Shown: piece by piece, positions 56,508 to 64,000 of the stretch
Position numbering within the stretch: the stretch's first letter is position 1
Layout: each line of letters begins with the position of its first letter
Origin: Eledone cirrhosa
Lineage: Eukaryota
Length of the DNA: 64,000 nucleotides
Reading direction: 5' to 3'
Assembly: GCA_964016885.1 (NCBI GenBank)
Contig: OZ024741.1
Location: forward strand, 201,934,001-201,998,000
Program-made: the position numbers and the translations under genes
Notes under the pieces: model-generated
Told to the model about the DNA's origin: nothing
The model's input: only the letters and a program-made list of their open reading frames with translations
The model's database searches: none

Positions 56508-57991
56508 CTTGGGGAGGGTCATATTTGTGTAATATTGCCAGAATTAATAACAGAACACACTCACTGTATGGTTGGTTTTCGCTTCTCGCTTCTGTGTCTT
56601 TTATATCGGTAATCTATCTTACTCGGTCCTCAATGTTGCCATTGACTGACCGACGGTCAAAAATAATACAGATACAATATAGACACAAACACATATATAT
56701 AGTTTATCATAAATCTTTCGTTGCACATCTGCAACATCGTCAGTGGTGTTATATTTTCCTCCTGTTGTATTGTATGTCTACGCCATTTTTATTCAGTCTG
56801 TCTATATATTTATTTATTTAATTGCTTGTTTGTTTATTTTATTTTGTCTTCTTTGCGCATGCGTTTGCGTGTGTGTATAGTGTTTTGTTTGCTGTGTGAT
56901 GGGTGACTAGTGTGTGTTTATGTGCTTGTTGTTATTGTGCTTGTGTATGTATTTATTTATTTATTTATTTATTTATTTTATTTTATTTACTTATTTATAC
57001 TTCTCTTAGGTCAGTGTTGTTTGTTTGGGTGTTGTTGTTATTCCATTCATTCTTTTTGTTTAGCCTTGGTCTTCTAATTTCTATCTCACTGGCCTCTCTG
57101 ATTTGCCTATCTGCTGCGTCATTTCTATGTTTAGATATTATTCTAATTTCTATGTTGTCTATGTTACCGTCATGTTGTTGTCTAGCATGTTCGTATAGTA
57201 CTGACCCGTTTTTTCGTCCTTTTAGTTCCCCCCAATGTTGGTCTATTCTTTCACCTATGCTACGAGCTGTCTCACCTATGTATGTTGTTGTCATGTTTCT
57301 GCAAGTACCCTCTGTACATCTTATGCTATAGACTACGTTTCTAGTTTTACAGTTTATTCAGGGGTTCACCTTACATATGATACATTTCCTATTGGTACAG
57401 TGGGTTTTCTTAAAAGGGTAGGTTTTGCTGATCAGGGATTTTATGGTGGTTCCTGGCTTTTCTACCACCTTTATTTTTAAGTGGGTCTTTCTCAGGGCCT
57501 TTCTACACTGGTTAGCTAATTTCCCTCCAGGGGTAGCGTCCACAAACATGAGACTCTGGTATCTCTGGTGGCTTTCCCTATCTTATGTCTAGCCCTATCT
57601 AAGCTATTCCATGATTTGCTCCTGTATAATGGGCAAATTCCTTTCATGTCCAGTTCTATGAGGGTCTTATACTTTTCCATGGCTCCTTCGTATACTCTGA
57701 CTCTGTCTCTTTGGTTGTAGCCAGAGAACTGCATGCGGTTGATGAAGTGTTGGATGTGTCTTTCCATTTCTGTTGGGTCGCACATGCGGGACACATTCTT
57801 CATCACTCGTACCAAATCAGCGATCAGAATATTAAACTTAGCACTACTGAGTTTTTGAGTGTCAGGTATTTGGTGGCCATGGGTTTAGCATAGTGTGGTG
57901 GAGAATTTGGGCTCTCTCGTCTATAGTGTTAATCCAGAGTTCTGTGTCTAATACAGGTAGTCTATTGTTAGGGTGTTTGGAAGGGAAGTCG
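56508..57991 (-). mobile_element. Duplicate of the Penelope-like fragment at 3028..4511
   Basis: Identical ORFs 56995..57294, 57358..57549, 57516..57815. Confidence 0.85.
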
Positions 57992-58615
57992 ATATATATA
58001 TATATATATATGTATTATAAATATTATATATATATATAATATACATATATATATATATATATATATCGAGACCTTTGGCGGTACTCAGTAACAGAGAAGA
58101 CCCGCCTTACCTAAATACAAAGTAAAACCTACTAGTCGGTAGGCATCTCTAACAAAATACACCCCCGTCCCACCCCAACCGCACCGCCCCCTTCAATGCA
58201 AAGTTATGTTGGTGCCACAACATCCAGGCCGAAACAAATGAGATCGTGTAGGTGTCACGACAAAAAAAACACAGTCCACGCTGTAATGTGGCCGTGTAGG
58301 CAACACGGTAAAAACCTCTCAGTCCCACACTGTAAATGTGGTTGGTGTTAGGAAGGGCATCCAGCTGTAGAAAACACGCCAGACAGTCCACGCTGTAATG
58401 TGGGCGTGTAGGCAACACGGTAAAAACCACCCAGCCCCACACTGTAAATGTGGTTGGTGTTAGGAAGGGCATCCAGCTGTAGAAAACCCGCCAGATAGTC
58501 CTATGCGAGCAAGACAACCTCTTGCCTCAAGTGGGAAAACCCCCGTCCAAACACATGCAAGCGTGGAACAGGGACGTGGAACAGGGACGTTAAACGATGA
58601 TGATGATGATGATGA

Positions 58616-58656
<41 letters not shown>

Positions 58657-58659
58657 TAA

Positions 58660-58707
<48 letters not shown>

Positions 58708-58783
58708 TTATAACTATATATATATATTATAAATATTATAAATATATATATATATTATAAATATTATAAATATATATATATAT

Positions 58784-58815
<32 letters not shown>

Positions 58816-59135
58816 AAGAACTGACTAACTGCCTGATGAGGTCATAGCCACACACACACACACACTGCAAAGTGGTTGTGGAGGTGCCACGGCAAAAAAA
58901 GCACCCAGCCCACACTGTAAAGTGGATGTGTAGGTGCCACGGAAAAAAGCACCCCCCTCTCACTGTAAATGAGGTTGGTATTAAGAAGGGCATCCAGCTG
59001 TAGGAATCAAGCTAAAATCAGTCCCTGTATGAGCAAGACAAAGTCAGCCGACTGGACACTGCTCACAACAGGACAATCCGTCTAACCCATGCTAGCGTGG
59101 AAGAACGAACGTAAAATGATGATGATATATATATA

Positions 59136-59174
<39 letters not shown>

Positions 59175-59184
59175 TAATATTATA

Positions 59185-59215
<31 letters not shown>

Positions 59216-59768
59216 CGATTGGTAGCTGCTACACTGCAGCTACAACTTCGTATTAAGAGAGGGGCTAAGACATGGGAGGAATTTGAGGAATAAGTGGGAA
59301 TTGGACTTCTGATCATCAAACAAAATATTCTGGCAGACCATCTGCTGATTTTGTAATAAAGAGTCCTTCTCCACACCTGCTCCGCAGAGAGGAGAGTCCT
59401 TGATTGGTCAGTAACGAATAAAAGTTACTGTCCTCCTCCTACAGATCAACTCAATAAATAAGTTAACTGGGAGGAAACATAGTGATAATCACTGAGGATG
59501 TCACAGAAATGTGTGACGAAAGAACTTTAAGAAATTACATTTATATTTATAGTTTTAATTTGGCCAATCAATGATAAACATTGATTGCCAGGTAATTATT
59601 TATAAAAATAAAAAAAGAAGTACTGAAACTGAACTGAAAACCAAACCAAACAATGAATGCGTTTTATTATTTTTTGGCAATATTTGGACATCACCCTCAC
59701 TAAATATAACAATATCTGTTTCAACACACGATTTCATATAAAAAACCTTGCAAAACAATATATAAGAG

Positions 59769-62700
59769 AGAAGCTAGACGTCAGGTGTACTTAGCATGCA
59801 GGGAAGCAGAGAGTAGGAGGTTTGCCAATGTTCTACGATGGGAAGATCAGAGACGTGTGGTGTTCCACATTGCAAGGCAATGTGTCAGTGCAAATCAGGA
59901 TGTTGTTGGCGATAAGTGTGTCCGGAATGATCAAAAGAAGGAGGCCTGTAAATGTCATTATGAGAGACTGATGAATGTAGAGAACGAATGGGACAGAGAG
60001 GAATTACCCCCAGTAGACCCGACAGAGGGACCAGCTATTGAGATTGATGAATATAGGGTACAAGAGGAAATTAAGGAAATGAAGAATGGTAAGGCTGCTG
60101 GACCGTCGGGGATAATTGCTGAGATGCTGAAGGCATCAGGAGAAGTAGGCACTAAACTAGTTGTACGCATCATTAATCAAGTTATATATGGTGGTGTCAT
60201 ACCCAAAGACTGGTGCAGCAGTATTCTCATAAATTGCTACAAAGGTAAAGTGGATGCTCTAGAGAGGAGCAATTATAGGGGCATAAAGCTGATGGATCAG
60301 GTTATGAAAGTGGCAGAGAGAATATTAGTGCAACTGATTAGAGAAAGGGTCAATTTAGATGAGATGCAGTTGGTTTTGTGCCTCGGAAAAGTACAACAGA
60401 TGCCCTCTTCTTAGTGAGGCAACTACAAGAGAGGTTCTTAGAGAAGAATAAGCCACTATACTTAGCTTTTGTTGACCTAGAGAAGGCCTTTGATAGGGTA
60501 CCCCTATCTGTCATCTGGTGGTCCCTATGGAAACTAGGTGTAGAGGAATGGCTTATGAGGACAGTGCAAGCTATTTACAGGGGTACTGTCAGTAAAGTGA
60601 GAATAGGAATGGAGTTTAGTGAGGAATTTCAGATACAAGTAGGTGTACATCAAGGTTCGGTCCTAAGCCCACTCTTGTTCATTATTGTCCTCCAAGCCAC
60701 AACAGAGGAGTTTAAGACTGGATTCCCGTGGGAACTTCTCTATGCTGATGATCTGGTTCTTATAGCAGAATCGGTAGAGGAACTAGAGAATAAATTCTGG
60801 CTATGGAAACAGCAGTTCGAATCAAGAGTCCTGAGAGTGAACATAGCTAAAACAAAAGTGTTGATAAGTAGAAGAGAGGACAATACTCTGATTCCATCAG
60901 GGAAACGGCCATGTTCGATATGTAGGAAAGGAACTGGCATACATTCCATAAAATGCATGCAATGCAGATCATGGGTACACAAGAGATGTAGTGGGATAGC
61001 AGGAAAACTAACAGGTAGGGAAAACTACTTATGCAGTAGATCTACAGGGAAAGTTGGCAGTAGTAATCGCTGTGATAGACTCATTTTTCCAATGCAGGTG
61101 GGTTCTATAGAAGTGGTTGATAGCTTCTGGTACCTAGATGAACAGATTAGAATGGGAGGGGGATGGGAGTGTTCCGAAGCCATAGTATCTAGAATAAGGA
61201 CGGGTTGGAAGAAGTTTAGGGAGCTGCTGCCTCTGTTACAAAGAAGGGTTTCTCCCTGCATACGAAATGACAGTTATATGATGCCTGTGTGAGATGCACG
61301 ATGCTGTATGGTAGTGAGACATGGGCAGCAACTGCAGAAGATATGCGATGGCTGGAGAGAAATGAAGCAAGTATGCGCCATTGGATGTGCAATGTCAATG
61401 TGCGTGAATGACCAAGCATAGACGAGTTGAGAAAGAAACTGGGTATAAGAGGGATAAGTTGTGGTGTGCAGGAGAGAAGACTGAGATGGTATGAACATGT
61501 GATGCGCATGGAGGATGACCGCTGGGTAAAGAAGTGCCAGGAAGTCCCAGTGGAGGGAAGACTCAGTAGAGGTAGACCACGAAAAACATGGGTGGAGGTG
61601 GTGAGAGCAGATCTCAGATCGCTGAAACTCACCGAGGAGATGACGAAGGACCGTGACAAGTGGAGAGATGATGTGCTGAATAAGACCCGCCCAACCCTTG
61701 CAAGCAGGGGAAAGCGGGCGTAAAATGATGATGATGATGATATATATATATATGTATATATATATGTATATATATATATTATTCAAAATGTTAACAAATG
61801 AAAAATATTCGCATAATCAAAATATATACTTTATTATATATTGTTCATCAGGGCTCTGTTCTTAGCCCCCTACTATTTATTATTGCCCTCCAGGCTATAA
61901 CAGTGGAGTTCAAGACCGGCTGTCCATGGGAACTCCTATACGCAGACGATCTAACGCTCATAGCTGAATCAATGGCCGAGCTAGAGAAGAAATTCCAAAC
62001 ATGGAAGCACGGCCTAGAATCAAAAGGCCTTAAAATTAACCTGGCTAAGACTAAAGTTCTAGCTTGTAAGAAAGAAAATAAGGCGGCGGTCCCCTCCAGG
62101 AAGTGGCCATGCGCAGAGTGTAGGAAAGGCGTAGGTAGAAATTCAATTTTGTGTCCCAAATGCAAAGTTTGTGTGCATAAAAGATGTAGTGGGATCACAG
62201 GTAAGCTAACTAAGAACATAGATTTTACATGTGGCCGGTGTTCTGGGGCAATAAGTAGCAGCAAGTGCCCACAAAATACTAGCTCTTTCAACTGCGCAGA
62301 GGGTTCTATAGAAATAGTGGACAGCTTCCGTTACCTGGGTGACAAAATAAGCAGTGGGGGAGGGTGCTCTGAAAGTACAGTAGCTAGAGTCAGAACTGGG
62401 TGGAAAAAGTTCAGAGAGCTTATACCACTATTAGCCGCTAAAGGGTTCTCCCTAAAAATGAAAGGCAGGCTGTACGATGCCTGCATACGAACAGCAATGT
62501 TGCATGGCAGTGAGACCTGGACATTGTGTGCAGAGGATATACGCAGACTAGAGAGAAACGAAGCTTGCATGCTCCGCTGGATGTGTAATAGTAATATACG
62601 TGAACGACAAAGCATAAACGAACTAAGGAAAAAATTAGAAATAAGAGGGATCAGATGTTGTTTACTAGAGAGAAGGCTACGTTGGTATGGTCACGTGATG

Positions 62701-63274
62701 CGCATGAAGGACGATGCAGGGCAATAAAGATAGGCGGTAGCCACGGAATAGGCAGACCCAGAAAAACCTGGGACGAGCTGATAAACTCCGACCTCACACA
62801 CTTACACCTCACCAAGACAATGTCACTGGACCGAGACCTTTGGCGGTACTCAGTAATAGAGAAGACCCGCCTTACCTAAACACAAAGTAAAACCTACTAG
62901 TCAGTAGGCATCTCTAACAAAATACACCCCTGTCCCACCACCCCCACCCCATCCACACCGCCCCCTTCTATGTAAAGTTATGTTGGTGCCACACCATCCA
63001 GGCCGAAACAAATGAGATCGTGTAGGTGTCACGACAAAAAAACACACAGTCCACGCTGTAATGTGGCCGTGTAAGCAACACGGTAAAAACCTCCCAGACC
63101 CACACTGTAAATGTGGTTGGTGTTAGGAAGGGCATCCAACTGTAGAAAACCTGCCAGACAGTCCTATGCGAGCAAGACAATCACTCTTGCCTCAAGTGGG
63201 AAAACCCCCGTCCAAACCCATGCAAGCGTGGAACACGGGCGTTAAACGTTGTTGATGATGATGATGATGATGAT
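59769..63274 (+). mobile_element. Duplicates of the two RTE LINEs; the second carries a 16-bp frameshifting deletion near 62716
   Basis: ORFs 59785..60414, 60378..61292, 61798..62727. GACGAT[AGCTGTATAACAAAGT]GCAGGG: bracketed bases absent here. Confidence 0.9.
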
Positions 63275-64000
63275 TTCAAAGGTACTGTGCTGTTTTTTTC
63301 AGTACGTCCTCATCATAGACAAAATATATGATTTGATATATGCTACGGTCTTGATTATTCAATTCCCGTATTGGCAGTTTATTATTCAATTCCCGTACTT
63401 GATTATTCAATTCCCGTACTGCCAATACGGGAATTGAATAATCAAGACCGTAGCGGTATGTCATATATCAAATCATATAGTTTGTCTGATGAGGACGTAC
63501 TGAAAAAAACAGCACAGTACCTTTGAAATATATATAATAGAGTATATATTTTGATTATGTGAATATTTTTCACTTGTTAACATTTTGAATAATATTAAAA
63601 ACTCCAGGAAAACCTAGTGTTGAGTGCTTCTAATCTATTGTAAAACTGTATTCGTTGAGTAATCAACAAACCATATTAATCTTTGGTCATATGTATATAT
63701 ATATATATATTACTTCAAAATATTAATAAATATAGACATTCATGTGATCAAATATATTTTATTATATATATTTCAGAGGTACTGAGCTGTTTCATCAGTA
63801 CGTCCTCATCAGATAAAATAAATTTATGTCTGACGTACCTCAACTGTGCTGATGGTTCAATTCCAGTTTTGGAATATATATTTTGTGTATATATATATAC
63901 ACACACACATATACACTTATATGTGTGCTACACACAAATACTTGGGGAGCAAGCATGCCTGCATGCTTGGTCCCCAGGTATTCGTGTGTGGCTTTCAGGT

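Larger units (their letters stand above)
53479..64000 (+). repeat. Segmental duplication, copy B
   Basis: Same ORF track and sequence as 1..10536; period about 53.5 kb. Confidence 0.97.

Overview
AT-rich eukaryotic (animal) genomic DNA. The repeat content (RTE LINEs with (GAT)n tails, tRNA-type SINEs, Penelope-like elements, long (TA)n tracts) suggests an octopod cephalopod; this is inference. The only clear host-type gene is a 5028-bp uninterrupted ORF (51131..56158, minus, 1675 aa) built from about six tandem degenerate NHL-like beta-propeller modules. The window spans one period of a near-identical ~53.5-kb duplication: 1..10536 recurs at 53479..64000, including a second copy of that gene's 5' half. 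The rest is mostly decayed transposons (RTE, CRE-like, CR1-like, Penelope, Gypsy, DD37D Tc1/mariner, mariner and piggyBac MITEs, Helitron). The most unusual signal is a dense set of minimal type-I hammerhead ribozyme motifs (CUGANGA...GAAA, palindromic stem-III loop, NUH triplet). Many sit in tail-to-tail palindromic non-coding elements inserted in TA microsatellites, and several share a covarying stem II with a conserved C mismatch. All alignments and folds were done by eye; coordinates of decayed elements are approximate.
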